A stretch of 64,000 nucleotides of DNA from Candidatus Brocadiia bacterium (GCA_050015075.1 JBEKCB010000003.1:96001-160000); one strand, 5' to 3'. Counted from the stretch's first letter, positions 1 through 9,715 are shown. The notes: a model not told the origin generated them from the sequence alone. Numbers and translations: made by a program.

Positions 1-593
1 AAGTTCTCTCGGGAATGCTTCTTGAGCCATTGCGTGGCCAGGTTCGTGATCAAGGGATTCGTGGGAGTACTGGCGACAATGCCCTTGCCCGACCACGACG
101 CGCTGGCCGTGAAGTCGTCATAGTATTGGAAACCGTGGTTGAATCCGAAGCGATGATCCAACACGGGCCCCGTGACAAAAGCCGCTGTCAGATATCCGCT
201 TTGGGCCAGGCACTGCGCCAGCGTCGGAACGCCTTCGCCCAATTGATCCCCGATGGCCTGCACGCCGTGGACGCTGGGATAAAGCGAGGTCAACATGCTC
301 ATGTGCGACGGGGGTGTCCAGGACGCCGCCGCGGTCAGATTCTCAAAAAGGACCCCTTCTTTGGCCAGTTGGTCGAGATGGGGCGAGGTGTCGCGGTTAT
401 AGCCATAGCAGGTGAGGTGATCGGCGCGGCAGGTGTCTATCGAGATGACCAGCAGATTGTATTTCATCGCCGGCGGCGGCGCAGCGGCGCGCCGACAGTC
501 CAGGCAGAAGAAGGAAATCAACACCAGGCCGCGCAAAAACCAGCGGACGAGGCGCGAGCCAGGCCTGGAAGATGCCGATTCCGCGTGCGACAT
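1..593 (-). CDS. Sulfatase/alkaline-phosphatase-superfamily hydrolase, paralog 1 (3' end outside window)
   Basis: Not in the ORF track. Manual translation from ATG at 593 gives MSHAESASS...KYNLLVISIDTCRADHLTCYGYNRDTSPHLD...SWTPPSHMSMLTSLYP, near-identical to the two adjacent paralogs. Confidence 0.9.
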   Translation of the reverse strand, partial: MSHAESASSRPGSRLVRWFLRGLVLISFFCLDCRRAAAPPPAMKYNLLVISIDTCRADHLTCYGYNRDTSPHLDQLAKEGVLFENLTAAASWTPPSHMSMLTSLYPSVHGVQAIGDQLGEGVPTLAQCLAQSGYLTAAFVTGPVLDHRFGFNHGFQYYDDFTASASWSGKGIVASTPTNPLITNLATQWLKKHSREN

Positions 594-704
594 CGAAAAG
601 CCCTCAGATACTTGAGATGGACCGAGGCTGCCTGCGCGTTGAACAAGCCACGCCGCCATGCTGCGATACGCCAGCGGGCGCGCACAAAATCCGTTTTCGG
701 GCCT

Positions 705-2108
705 TCACTGTGTGTAGCCGAGGCTTTTCAGGCGGCGGATCAGGTCCGCATCCGGCTCCTTCGATTTCTCCGCCTTCGCCTCGGAGATCGAGGCCGGGCC
801 CGCAGTCAAGCCTCGGAGCATGGCCTCCGGACAGTCTTTCTTCAGGTCCGCGCCGGCGATCACCTTTTCGCGGCCGCCGGCCAGTTCTTCCAGTTGGGCG
901 CCGTCGAGCGTTCCCTTCATCGAGCCCAGAAGCTTGCGATCGCCCCAGCGAACGGCCCGCAAGTTAAACCCGCTGTACGCCAGCTCGCTGTAGATCAGGC
1001 GCTCGGGAACCGGCTGGTCGCTCAAAACCATCGGCGAAAGATCAATCCCTTGCATCTGCGCGGGGCCTGCCTGCTGGAGAAGCCCCAGCGCCGTCGGCAT
1101 CAAGTCAACGTGGCTGACGTTTCCGGCCACGCGCTTGCCGGCCGGGATCACGCCCGGCAGTCGCATGATCAGCGGCACATGAAGCGCCTCTTCGTACAGG
1201 CTGTTGCCGTGGAGGAGCTTGCCGTGCTCGAGAAATGCCTCGCCATGATCGGACAATACGATCACCAGCGTCTTCTCGGAAAGCCGCAAGTCCTGAAGAA
1301 GCTGAAGGACCTTCCCGACGTGCTCGTCCGTATAGGCGATTCCCCCGTCGTAGAGAGCCACGATATGCGCCAGGTCCATGACCGAAAGATGCGCTGCCAT
1401 TTCGGCCGGCCACATGCCGATGTAGCGGCCGTTCTGCTTGCCCTTGTAGTCGGGGTCGAATTTCTTGTCGAAGGGCGCGGGCGCGATATAGTCGTTGTGG
1501 CAGTCCCAATAGTGGAGGAAGAGGAAGAAGTTCTCCCGGGAATGCTTCTTGAGCCACTGCGTGGCCAGGTTCGTGATCAAGGGATTTGTGGGGACGTTGC
1601 GGAACCCGCCCGGCTCCGACAAGCTGACCGTGAAGTCGTCGTAAGATCGGAAGCCGCGGTTGAATCCGAACCAGTGATTCAACGAGGGCCCCGAGACGAA
1701 GGCCGCTGTCGCATATCCGCTTTTGGCCAGGCACTGCGCCAGCGTCGGAACGCCTTCGGCCAATGCGTTGTTGCCCGCCTGCACCCCGTGGACGCTGGGA
1801 TACAGCGAGGTGAACATGCTCATGTGCGACGGCACCGTCCAGGACGCCGCCGCGGTCAGGTCCTCAAAAAGGACGCCTTCCTTCGCCAGTTGATCGAGAT
1901 GGGGTGAGGTACCCCGGTTATAGCCGTAGCAGGTCAGGTGATCGGCGCGGCAGGTATCTATCGAGATGACGAGAAGATTGTATTTGATCGGCGGCGAGGC
2001 GGCGCGCCGGCAGTCCAGGCAGAAAAAGGCAATCAGCACCAGGCCGCGCAGAAAACAGCGGAGGCAACTCGAGCTGAGCCCGGGAGATGTCGGTTTTGCA
2101 TGCAGCAT
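705..2108 (-). CDS. Sulfatase-fold hydrolase, paralog 2
   Basis: Motifs DTCRADHL, SWTVPSHMSMFT, SDHGE, LHVPLIM, VSHVDLMPT; N-terminal hydrophobic signal/anchor. Start set at MLHAKP by homology to the paralogs. Confidence 0.9.
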   Translation of the reverse strand: MLHAKPTSPGLSSSCLRCFLRGLVLIAFFCLDCRRAASPPIKYNLLVISIDTCRADHLTCYGYNRGTSPHLDQLAKEGVLFEDLTAAASWTVPSHMSMFTSLYPSVHGVQAGNNALAEGVPTLAQCLAKSGYATAAFVSGPSLNHWFGFNRGFRSYDDFTVSLSEPGGFRNVPTNPLITNLATQWLKKHSRENFFLFLHYWDCHNDYIAPAPFDKKFDPDYKGKQNGRYIGMWPAEMAAHLSVMDLAHIVALYDGGIAYTDEHVGKVLQLLQDLRLSEKTLVIVLSDHGEAFLEHGKLLHGNSLYEEALHVPLIMRLPGVIPAGKRVAGNVSHVDLMPTALGLLQQAGPAQMQGIDLSPMVLSDQPVPERLIYSELAYSGFNLRAVRWGDRKLLGSMKGTLDGAQLEELAGGREKVIAGADLKKDCPEAMLRGLTAGPASISEAKAEKSKEPDADLIRRLKSLGYTQ

Positions 2109-2220
2109 CGAAAAGTTCTCAGATACTTGCGATTGACGGAGGCTGCCGGCCCGTTGAGCAGGCCGCGCTTTCATGCTGCGATGAACCTGTGGGTACGCAA
2201 AGAATCCATTTTCCCGGCCT

Positions 2221-3621
2221 TCACAGCGTGTAGCCGAGGCTCTTCAGTTGCTTGATCAGGTCCGCATCCGGTTCAATCGCTTTCCCCGCCTTAACCTCGG
2301 GGATTGAGGGCGGCCCCTCCGTCAAGGCTCGGAGGGCGGCCTCCGGACAGTCTTTCTTCAGGTCCGCGCCGGCGATGACCTTCTCGCGGCCGCCGGCCAC
2401 TTCTTCCAGTTGGGCGCCGTCGAGCGTTCCCTTCATCGAGCCCAGAAGCTTGCGATTGCCCCAGCGAACCGCCTTCAAGTTAAGCCCCGACAGCTCGCTG
2501 TAGATCAGGCGCTCGGCGACCGGCTGATCGCTCAGAATCGCCGGCGACAGATCAATCCCTTGAATCTGCGACGGGCATGCCAGATGGAGAAGCCCCAGCG
2601 CCGTCGGCATCAAGTCAACGTGGCTGACGTTTCCGGCCACGCGCTTGCCGGCCGGAATCACACCGGGCAGCCGCATGATGAGCGGCACATGAATCAGCTC
2701 CTCGTAGAGGCTGTTGCCGTGGGTCAACAGGCCGTGCTCAAGAAATCCCTCGCCATGATCGGACAATACGATCACCAGCGTTTTCTCGGAAAGCCCCAGG
2801 TCCTGAAGAAGCTGAAGGACCTTGCCGACGTGCTCGTCCGTGTAGGCGATTCCTCCGTCGTAGAGAGCCACCAGATGCGCCAGGTCCATGATCGAGATAT
2901 GCGCCGTCATGTCGGCCTGGCGCCACCCGATGCCGCGGCCGTTCTCTTTCCCCTTGTAGCCGGGGTCGAATTTCCTGTCGAAGGGCGCCGGCGCAATGTA
3001 GTCGTAATGGCAGTCCCAATAATGCAGGAAGAGGAAGAAATTCTCCCGGGAATGCTTCCGGAGCCATTGCGTGGCCAGGTTCGTGATCCCGGGATTCGTG
3101 GCGACATCGCCGGCCCCGGTCCTGTGCAACGCACTGACCGTGAAGTCGTCATAAGATTGAAAGCCGCGGTTGAATCCGAAGTCGTGATTCAATGCGGGCC
3201 CCGTGACAAAAGCCGCTGTCACATATCCGCTTTGGGCCAGGCACTGCGCCAGCGTCGGAACGCCTTCGGCCAGCCTGGCGACGGCCGGCACCCCGTGGAC
3301 GCTGGCATAAAGCGAGGTGAACATGCTCATGTGCGACGGGATTGTCCAGGACGTCGCCGCGGTCAGGTTCTCAAACAGCACCCCTTCCTTGGCCAGTTGG
3401 TCGAGGTGGGGCGAGGTATCGCGGTTGTAGCCGTAGCAGGTCAGGTGATCGGCGCGACACGTATCTATCGAGATGACCAGCAGGTTATATTTGATCGCCG
3501 GCTGCAGCTCCGCCGCGCCGGCGGTCGAGGCGGAAAGCAGAGAGATCAAAATCAGGCAGAGGGGAAAGCAGTTCACGCGCCGCGAGCCAGGCTTGGAAAA
3601 TGCCGGTTTTGCATGCAGCAT
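2221..3621 (-). CDS. Sulfatase-fold hydrolase, paralog 3
   Basis: Same motifs (SWTIPSHMSMFT, SDHGE); signal-peptide-like N-terminus. Confidence 0.9.
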   Translation of the reverse strand: MLHAKPAFSKPGSRRVNCFPLCLILISLLSASTAGAAELQPAIKYNLLVISIDTCRADHLTCYGYNRDTSPHLDQLAKEGVLFENLTAATSWTIPSHMSMFTSLYASVHGVPAVARLAEGVPTLAQCLAQSGYVTAAFVTGPALNHDFGFNRGFQSYDDFTVSALHRTGAGDVATNPGITNLATQWLRKHSRENFFLFLHYWDCHYDYIAPAPFDRKFDPGYKGKENGRGIGWRQADMTAHISIMDLAHLVALYDGGIAYTDEHVGKVLQLLQDLGLSEKTLVIVLSDHGEGFLEHGLLTHGNSLYEELIHVPLIMRLPGVIPAGKRVAGNVSHVDLMPTALGLLHLACPSQIQGIDLSPAILSDQPVAERLIYSELSGLNLKAVRWGNRKLLGSMKGTLDGAQLEEVAGGREKVIAGADLKKDCPEAALRALTEGPPSIPEVKAGKAIEPDADLIKQLKSLGYTL

Positions 3622-3748
3622 CGAATAATTCTCGGATACTTAAGATTGACGGAGGCTGCCCGCGACAGGCGCTCCAGGGACAAGCCGGCGCCGCCAACGA
3701 AGCTACTTTAGCACAAGGGGCCGGCAACCGCAATAGGCCGGCGCGACC

Positions 3749-3805
3749 GCTCGTAGCGTGCCCGTAAGGGCATACGAAACAGCGCCTGACGGCGCCGCTG
3801 CAAGC
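3749..3805. repeat. GTAG-type REP doublet, copy 1 (slightly degenerate)
   Basis: GTAGcGTGCCC-GTAA-GGGCATAC...AGCGCC-TGAC-GGCGCC; near-identical copies at 15344 and 41458. Confidence 0.8.
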
Positions 3806-3836
3806 AATCGGCGATTGCGAGGTCTTGAAGCCTGTC

Positions 3837-5522
3837 CTAAGTCGCGCCGAAGCAGACCAGCGTCAAATCGTCGCTCTGGTGGGCGCTGCCGACGAAGGCG
3901 TGGACGTCCCGAAGGATGTTCTCCATCCACTGCGCGGCGGAAGCGGCCGGCAGCGCCGCGACGGACTTGAGCCGGCCGCTGCCGTAGCTGTCCTGCTGCG
4001 CGTTCATCGCCTCGGTGATCCCGTCGGAGTAAAAGCAGACGAAGTCCCCCGGCTCGATCCGGAAACTCTCCGCCTCGAACTCCGCGCCCGGCATGACGCC
4101 GACGGGGAAGTTGGTGCAGGTCTGAATCTCGGAGACCCGGCCGGTGGAACCTTTCCGCAGGAGCGGCGGCGGATGGCCGGCGTTCACCATCTGAAGGGTC
4201 CGGCTGCGCGGATCGAGGAGGGCGAAAACGAGCGTGATGAACGAGCTTTCGGCCTCCATCGCCGCCAGGCGGTCGTTGACGAGGGCGACCACGCGGCGCG
4301 GCTCGTCCGAGGCCAGCGCGAACTCGCGGACCGTGCTGCTCATCCGCGCCATCATCAGCGCGGCGGGAATGCCTTTCCCGGCAACGTCGCCGACGACGAT
4401 CGCCAGCGAGCCGCCCTCGAGCGGGATGAAGTCGTAGAAGTCGCCGCCGACCTCCAGCGCCGCTTTGTACGAACAGCAGAACTGCATGCCGGCGACCTCC
4501 GGCAAACGCCTCGGCAGGAACGATTCCTGCACCTGCCGCGCGAACTGCAGGTCGCGCTCGGTGCGCTCCTGGAGGAGCAGCCTGTGGTGCAGCCGCGCGT
4601 TCGCGATGGCGAAGGCGGTCTGGCTGGTGATCCCGGCGAGCAGTTCCAGGTCGTCCCGCGTGAACTGCCGGTCCTGCCGGGTGGTGTCCAGGTGGATGAT
4701 GCCGAGCGCCTCGTCGTTGACGACGATCGGCGCGCACATCATCGAGCGGATCCGGAAATTCATCACGCTCAGCGCCATGGCGAAGCGCTGGTCGCCCATC
4801 GCGTCGGCGCTGAGGAGCGCCACGCGGTCGCCCATCGCTTTCTGGACGATGGAGCGGCTGAGGGTGATCGCCTCGGGCTGCTCGCGTCCGCGCTGCCGTG
4901 CCGCTCGCGGGACCAGCTCGTCGGACTCGTCGGCCTTCAGCATGATGAAGCCGCGGTCGGCCTGCGGAAAGACGCCGAAGAGGCGGTCCATGATTTCGTT
5001 GAGCAGTTTGTCCATGTCGAGCTGGGTCTGGACGGCGTTGCTGATTTCGAGCACGGCGCGGAGCCGCTGCCGGGCCTTGATGAGCGCGTCGGGCGCGGTG
5101 ATCCGCTGGGCCATGGCGGCTTCCATCGAAACCGCCTTCACCTCGAGCGTCTCCAGCGCCGGCGGCGCCGCGGCCGACGGCTCGTCTACGATCGTGACCC
5201 CGCTCTGGCGCGACGGCTCGGATTCCGAGGCGAATCGGAAAACGTTATCGGCCAGCTCGATCCGGTCGCCGTTCTTCAGCGGAATGGGCGCCGCGATGGT
5301 CTTTCCGTTCACGGCCGTCCCGTTGCCGCTGCCGAGGTCCTCGATGAAGTAGCTGCCGCCGACGAGGGAAATTCGCGCATGGCGCCGGCTGATGGCCAGG
5401 TCGTCCAGGCGCAGATCGGCCTCGATGGACCGCCCCAGCACCATGGCCTCGCGCAGCGGGAATGTCTGCCCCTTGAACGGCCCTTCGATGGCGATCAGCT
5501 TCGACAATTTTGTAATTTCCAA
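3837..5522 (-). CDS. FHA-GAF-SpoIIE (PP2C-type) Ser/Thr phosphatase
   Basis: FHA motifs (LGRS, ISRRHA, DLGSGNGT), GAF region (SMMCAPI), SpoIIE motifs (VGGDFYD, GDVAGKG, NAGHPPP, YSDGITE, DDLT). Confidence 0.9.
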   Translation of the reverse strand: MEITKLSKLIAIEGPFKGQTFPLREAMVLGRSIEADLRLDDLAISRRHARISLVGGSYFIEDLGSGNGTAVNGKTIAAPIPLKNGDRIELADNVFRFASESEPSRQSGVTIVDEPSAAAPPALETLEVKAVSMEAAMAQRITAPDALIKARQRLRAVLEISNAVQTQLDMDKLLNEIMDRLFGVFPQADRGFIMLKADESDELVPRAARQRGREQPEAITLSRSIVQKAMGDRVALLSADAMGDQRFAMALSVMNFRIRSMMCAPIVVNDEALGIIHLDTTRQDRQFTRDDLELLAGITSQTAFAIANARLHHRLLLQERTERDLQFARQVQESFLPRRLPEVAGMQFCCSYKAALEVGGDFYDFIPLEGGSLAIVVGDVAGKGIPAALMMARMSSTVREFALASDEPRRVVALVNDRLAAMEAESSFITLVFALLDPRSRTLQMVNAGHPPPLLRKGSTGRVSEIQTCTNFPVGVMPGAEFEAESFRIEPGDFVCFYSDGITEAMNAQQDSYGSGRLKSVAALPAASAAQWMENILRDVHAFVGSAHQSDDLTLVCFGAT

Positions 5523-5717
5523 AATCAGCAGCTTGTCCGCCGTTGCCCTGAGCGCAGCCGAAGGGGCGAAGGCGGATCGGCAATTCGATCAGCATATCTT
5601 GTCGGCAACCTTGTTTCAACGATTTTCGAGCCGGGGCGGTTCCGCGTTTGACCGGCTTGCCGCCGCAAGGCTAGAATCCGCGCTGAGCTGAATGCGGCGT
5701 TTGCGGAGAAAGCGGAG

Positions 5718-6590
5718 ATGATGAAGAGCTGCCTCCTGTGCAGTCTGTTCGTCCTGGTTCTGGCCGCTCCGAACGCGGCGCAGGCGCAGCATCTCTGGTG
5801 GGCCTCCGAAGACCCCGGAAAGCCGCAGGAGAAGAGGACCCTGCTTTACGGCGAAATCGAGGTGCTCGCCAGCGGGCCGGGCATCTACTTCTGCGGGGTC
5901 AACTGGTCCGGCGGCTATTGCGGGATCCAGGAGCACGCCGAGAAGAAACGGAATACGATCTTCTCGGAGTGGGATCCGTCGCCGACCTTGCATCCGAGCG
6001 TCGTCCATGCCGATGCGCGCGCCGTCTGCAAGCGCTTCGGCGGCGAGGGCACCGGCGAGCATACGGACCTGGATTACCCGTGGCAAGAGGGCCGGCCGTA
6101 CCGGTTCGCCGTCGCCAAGCAGCCCGACGCGTCCGGCGACAATACGCTGATCACCTTCTATTTCTTCGACGCGCCGCTCAACAAGTGGGTGCTCCAGGCG
6201 ACGCTTTCCACCCCGAACGGCGGCAAGGATTCCGTGCGCTATTTCAACCGGCCGAACCTGAATTCCTTCCTGGAGAACTTCGCCGGCCAGCAGCCCGAAA
6301 TCCCGAAACTCTGTCTCTATCGGCTCTGGGCCGGGTCCGCGCCGGAGAACCTGGTCTGTCTGCGCAAGGCCAAAGGCGACGGACCCTGGGGCGTTCTGAA
6401 CGACAGCTTCTACCTGGCCCAGGGCAAAGATCAGGCCGCACTGGACGCGCTCGTCGCCAAACAGCCGAAGTCCAGGGACAGCCGGATCGGCCTGATCAAA
6501 GGCGCGAAGGCGCCGCTGGCCGTTCCCGACCGGAAATTGCCGGCGGAGATCATCGCCGAGCTGAAGGCGCTTCCGAAGCCGAGCCCGTAA
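5718..6590 (+). CDS. Secreted DUF3472-like protein
   Basis: Signal peptide; YFC..NW.GGYCGIQ, IFS.WD, RFGGEGTG and SFLENF motifs that I recall from DUF3472 proteins. Confidence 0.65.
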   Translation: MMKSCLLCSLFVLVLAAPNAAQAQHLWWASEDPGKPQEKRTLLYGEIEVLASGPGIYFCGVNWSGGYCGIQEHAEKKRNTIFSEWDPSPTLHPSVVHADARAVCKRFGGEGTGEHTDLDYPWQEGRPYRFAVAKQPDASGDNTLITFYFFDAPLNKWVLQATLSTPNGGKDSVRYFNRPNLNSFLENFAGQQPEIPKLCLYRLWAGSAPENLVCLRKAKGDGPWGVLNDSFYLAQGKDQAALDALVAKQPKSRDSRIGLIKGAKAPLAVPDRKLPAEIIAELKALPKPSP

Positions 6591-6671
6591 GCTGAGCGGA
6601 AAACTCAGCCGTAAAGATGATAGAATCAGGGAGCCAGTCTGGCGTCCGGGAAACAAGTTGCATAATGTGCG

Positions 6672-6757
6672 GTCATTCCGAGCGAAGCGAGGAATCTCAT
6701 ACGCAGCGCGCCTGCAACGGTTTGTGGTATGAGACCCTTCACTGCGCTCAGGGCGAC
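6672..6757. repeat. Extragenic palindromic element (GTCATTCCGAGCGAAGCGAGGAATCT...GAGACCCTTCACTGCGCTCAGGGCGAC)
   Basis: Imperfect inverted arms with internal hairpins; resembles a widespread REP-like repeat family; intergenic. Confidence 0.7.
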
Positions 6758-6824
6758 GCGGTCTGAAGTTATGCGCGTTATTCCTGGAACACGATGCTGA
6801 AATGAACACGGCACTTGGGGAAAG

Positions 6825-7949
6825 ATGAAGACCATGAAACCGCTTCTGCGTGGAAGTTTCGCATTCGCGCTGGCCGCGCTGCTGGGCGCCAGTTGCGCGG
6901 GTCAGCCGGCCGGCGAAGGCGCGGCGTCTTCGGCGGCGACCGCCGTGTCCTCCCCGGCGACGACGGCGTCTTTACCGCCGACGATGGCGCCGCCACGGCC
7001 GGGCGTCGTGCTGCTGTACGAGCCGAAGACGCTCGACGAGACCGTCGCGGTCGTGAAGCTCGTCCGCGACGACATGGAGATTCGTCCCATCATCGAGCAG
7101 GCCGGCGAGGAAGCCGGCCAGGCGATCCGGGCGTTCCAGGCGGCGGCGCTCGGCGTCAACGCGCCTGGAGGCCGGCGGGGCGCGCCGGCATCCAAGGAGA
7201 CGCTGGAGAAGCTCCGCAAGGCGGCCCGCGAAAAAGTGACTCGGTACCAGGGCCTGATCCAGCAGCAGCGCGACGCCTACGAGGCGTTCCTCCAGAAGTA
7301 TCCCGACGACTGGTTCCAGCGCCACCGCTACGCCTCGTTCCTGGCCGATTTCCATCTCGCCGACGAGGCCGCCGCCGAGTGGCGGCGCGTCATCGAGCAG
7401 GCGCCCACGTTCCCTTATGCCTACAATAACCTCGGCACGCTCTACAACCACATGGGCCGCGATCTCGAGGCGATCCTGCTCTACCGCAAGGCGATTGAGC
7501 TGTATCCGGACGACGCCGATTTCCACCTGAACCTGGCGGTGAACTACTCGACCCATCGCTCCGAGGCTTCCAAGGAGTTCGGCTGGACCCTGCCGGTGGT
7601 CTTCCACGAGTGCATCCTCTCCTATCAGCGCGCGCGCGCCCTGAGGCCGCAGGACCCGGAGATCGCCTACGATCTCGCGAGCCAGTACGTCCTGGCGAAG
7701 TACTTCGGCGTCAAGGACACCGGCGACGAGGCGATCGAGGCGTGGAAGTATTACCTCACGCTCGACCTGACGCCCACGCAGCGCGGCGTCGCCGAGCGCA
7801 ACATGGCCACGCTCTACCTCAAGCAGAAAAACGACCCCGCCGCCGCGCAGAAGTTGCTCGAGGAGGCGCTGACGCTGCTGCCCGACGATGCCACCTGCAA
7901 GATGCTCCTCAAACAGGCCGCGGCCGCGCAGGCGAAACCGACACCGTGA
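6825..7949 (+). CDS. TPR-repeat lipoprotein
   Basis: Lipobox-like LGASC; TPR motifs AYNNLGTLY and FHLNLAVNY. Confidence 0.8.
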   Translation: MKTMKPLLRGSFAFALAALLGASCAGQPAGEGAASSAATAVSSPATTASLPPTMAPPRPGVVLLYEPKTLDETVAVVKLVRDDMEIRPIIEQAGEEAGQAIRAFQAAALGVNAPGGRRGAPASKETLEKLRKAAREKVTRYQGLIQQQRDAYEAFLQKYPDDWFQRHRYASFLADFHLADEAAAEWRRVIEQAPTFPYAYNNLGTLYNHMGRDLEAILLYRKAIELYPDDADFHLNLAVNYSTHRSEASKEFGWTLPVVFHECILSYQRARALRPQDPEIAYDLASQYVLAKYFGVKDTGDEAIEAWKYYLTLDLTPTQRGVAERNMATLYLKQKNDPAAAQKLLEEALTLLPDDATCKMLLKQAAAAQAKPTP

Positions 7950-7960
7950 CATCAAAATTA

Positions 7961-8153
7961 TTGACCGCGAAAACGCGAAAACGGCAACGGAAAAGATACT
8001 TGAAACCACAGAGCGATAGCGCGAGCGGGCGAGCGCTGCTTATCGCCACAGATAACCACAGATACGAAGTTTCTTAACTCTGTAAATCTGTGTTCATCTG
8101 TGTCCATCTGTAGTTTAAATTCGTCTTTCGCGTTTTCGCGCTTTCGCGGTCAA
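7961..8153. repeat. Nested inverted-repeat element built from short-period tandem arms
   Basis: Outer arms TTGACCGCGAAAACGCGAAA / TTTCGCGTTTTCGCGCTTTCGCGGTCAA; inner arms of CACAGAT / ATCTGTG units; extra hairpin at 8013-8046. Confidence 0.8.
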
Positions 8154-8183
8154 GCGGTCGTTCCGTTGTGGAATGGAGCCGGC

Positions 8184-9641
8184 GTGAAGTCAGACCAGCG
8201 GTCGGAATCGGAAGTCATGGCGGCGCTCCGCGACGCGGGGCAAGGGCACGTGCTGCGCTGGTGGGACGAGCTGGACCCGGCCGGGCGCGCGCGGCTGATG
8301 GAGCAGTTGCGCTCGGTGGAACTCGACGGGCTCCGCGCGCTGATCGCCGACGTCCGCGCGGGCCGGATCAACGCGCCGCCGGCGGGCCGGCCCGAGCTGC
8401 CCGATTACGTCCGGCTGCCGTCCACGCCGGAGGAAAAGAGCGCGCGCGAGAACGCCCGCGCGGCGGGCGAGCGGCTGTTCCGGGCCGGCAAGGTCGCCGC
8501 CGTCATGGTCGCCGGCGGCCAGGGCACGCGGCTGGGGCTCGATGCGCCGAAAGGAACTTTTCCCATCGGCCCCGTGTCCGGCCGTTCGCTCTTCCAGATC
8601 CACGCCGAGCGCATCCTGGCCACGCGCCGGCGCTGCGGCGGCCCGTTGCCGTGGTACATCATGACCAGCGACGCCACCGACCAGCCGACGAAGGACTATT
8701 TCGAAAAGCATGCCTGGTTCGGCCTGCCGCGCGAGGACGTGCGGTTCTTCCGGCAGCGCATGATCCCCGCGCTCGACCGGAACTTCCGCCTGGTCCTCGT
8801 CGCGAAGGACCGGATTCTCCTCAGCCCGAACGGCCACGGCGGCACGCTGACCGCCCTGGCCGAGAGCGGCATGCTCGACGACATGGAGCGGCGCGGCGTC
8901 GAGGAGATCAGCTATTTTCACGTGGACAACGGCCTGGCGCCGGCGGCGGACCCGGTCTTCGTCGGCAGCCATTCGCTCGCCGGAGCCGAGATGTCGTGCA
9001 AGGCGCTGTGGAAGCGCGAGCCGGAAGAGCCGCTCGGCGCGTTCGTCCGCGTCGGCGCCGCCGGGGACGCTCGCGCGCCGGAGCCGCGGCTCGTCGTCCG
9101 CGAATACAGCGATCTCACCCCCGAGCAGAAGCACCAGCGGACCGCCGGCGGGCGGCTTCTCTACGGCCTCGGCAGCATCGGGATGCACGTTCTCCGCGTG
9201 GACTTCGTCCGGAGCGAGACGCAGCCCGGCTTCAGCCTGCCGTTCCACCTGGCGGAGAAAAGTTCGCCGTTCCTCGACGAATCCGGCGCGCTCGTGCAGC
9301 CGAAGGACAAGAACGTTTTCAAGTTCGAGATGTTCATCTTCGACGCGTTGCGCGACGCGCGCCGCATCGTGGTGCTCGAAGTCCGCCGCGAGGAGGAGTT
9401 CTCGCCGCTCAAGAACGCGAAGGGAGTGGATTCGCCCGAGACGGCCCGGCGCGACATGAGCGCGCTCTACGCCGGCTGGCTGGAGCAGGCCGGCGTGCGC
9501 GTCCCGCGCGACGAGCACGGCGCGCCGAAACACCCGATCGAGATCAGCCCGCTCTTCGCGCTCGACGCCGCCGAGCTGGCCGGGAAAATCCCCAGGGACC
9601 TGAACGTCGCCGCGCCGGTCCTGCTCGCGCCGCAGGGTTGA
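8184..9641 (+). CDS. UDPGP-family UDP-N-acetylhexosamine/UDP-sugar pyrophosphorylase (UAP1-like)
   Basis: Motifs AGGQGTRLG..PKG, WYIMTS, SPNGHGG, VDN, EYSDL, KFEMFIFD, EEFSPLKNA. GTG start after a GGAG RBS; start uncertain. Confidence 0.9.
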   Translation: MKSDQRSESEVMAALRDAGQGHVLRWWDELDPAGRARLMEQLRSVELDGLRALIADVRAGRINAPPAGRPELPDYVRLPSTPEEKSARENARAAGERLFRAGKVAAVMVAGGQGTRLGLDAPKGTFPIGPVSGRSLFQIHAERILATRRRCGGPLPWYIMTSDATDQPTKDYFEKHAWFGLPREDVRFFRQRMIPALDRNFRLVLVAKDRILLSPNGHGGTLTALAESGMLDDMERRGVEEISYFHVDNGLAPAADPVFVGSHSLAGAEMSCKALWKREPEEPLGAFVRVGAAGDARAPEPRLVVREYSDLTPEQKHQRTAGGRLLYGLGSIGMHVLRVDFVRSETQPGFSLPFHLAEKSSPFLDESGALVQPKDKNVFKFEMFIFDALRDARRIVVLEVRREEEFSPLKNAKGVDSPETARRDMSALYAGWLEQAGVRVPRDEHGAPKHPIEISPLFALDAAELAGKIPRDLNVAAPVLLAPQG

Positions 9642-9715
9642 GCGGAGCGGCGGCTTGACAAAGACGGCTGATTTCTGATTTACGCGCAGGCAGCCCGTTC
9701 ATCGAGGTATTGCGA

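Noticed and set aside
1-3621. Sulfatase paralogs as diversity-generating retroelement targets
   Set aside because: Differences include indels and are not adenine-specific; no reverse transcriptase or template repeat in the window.
15-5651. Long plus-strand ORFs 15-1907, 2410-3711 and 3825-5651, and similar antisense ORFs throughout (e.g. 28683-31325, 48570-50459, 60379-63948)
   Set aside because: Antisense shadows of well-supported genes in high-GC DNA; they carry no recognisable motifs.
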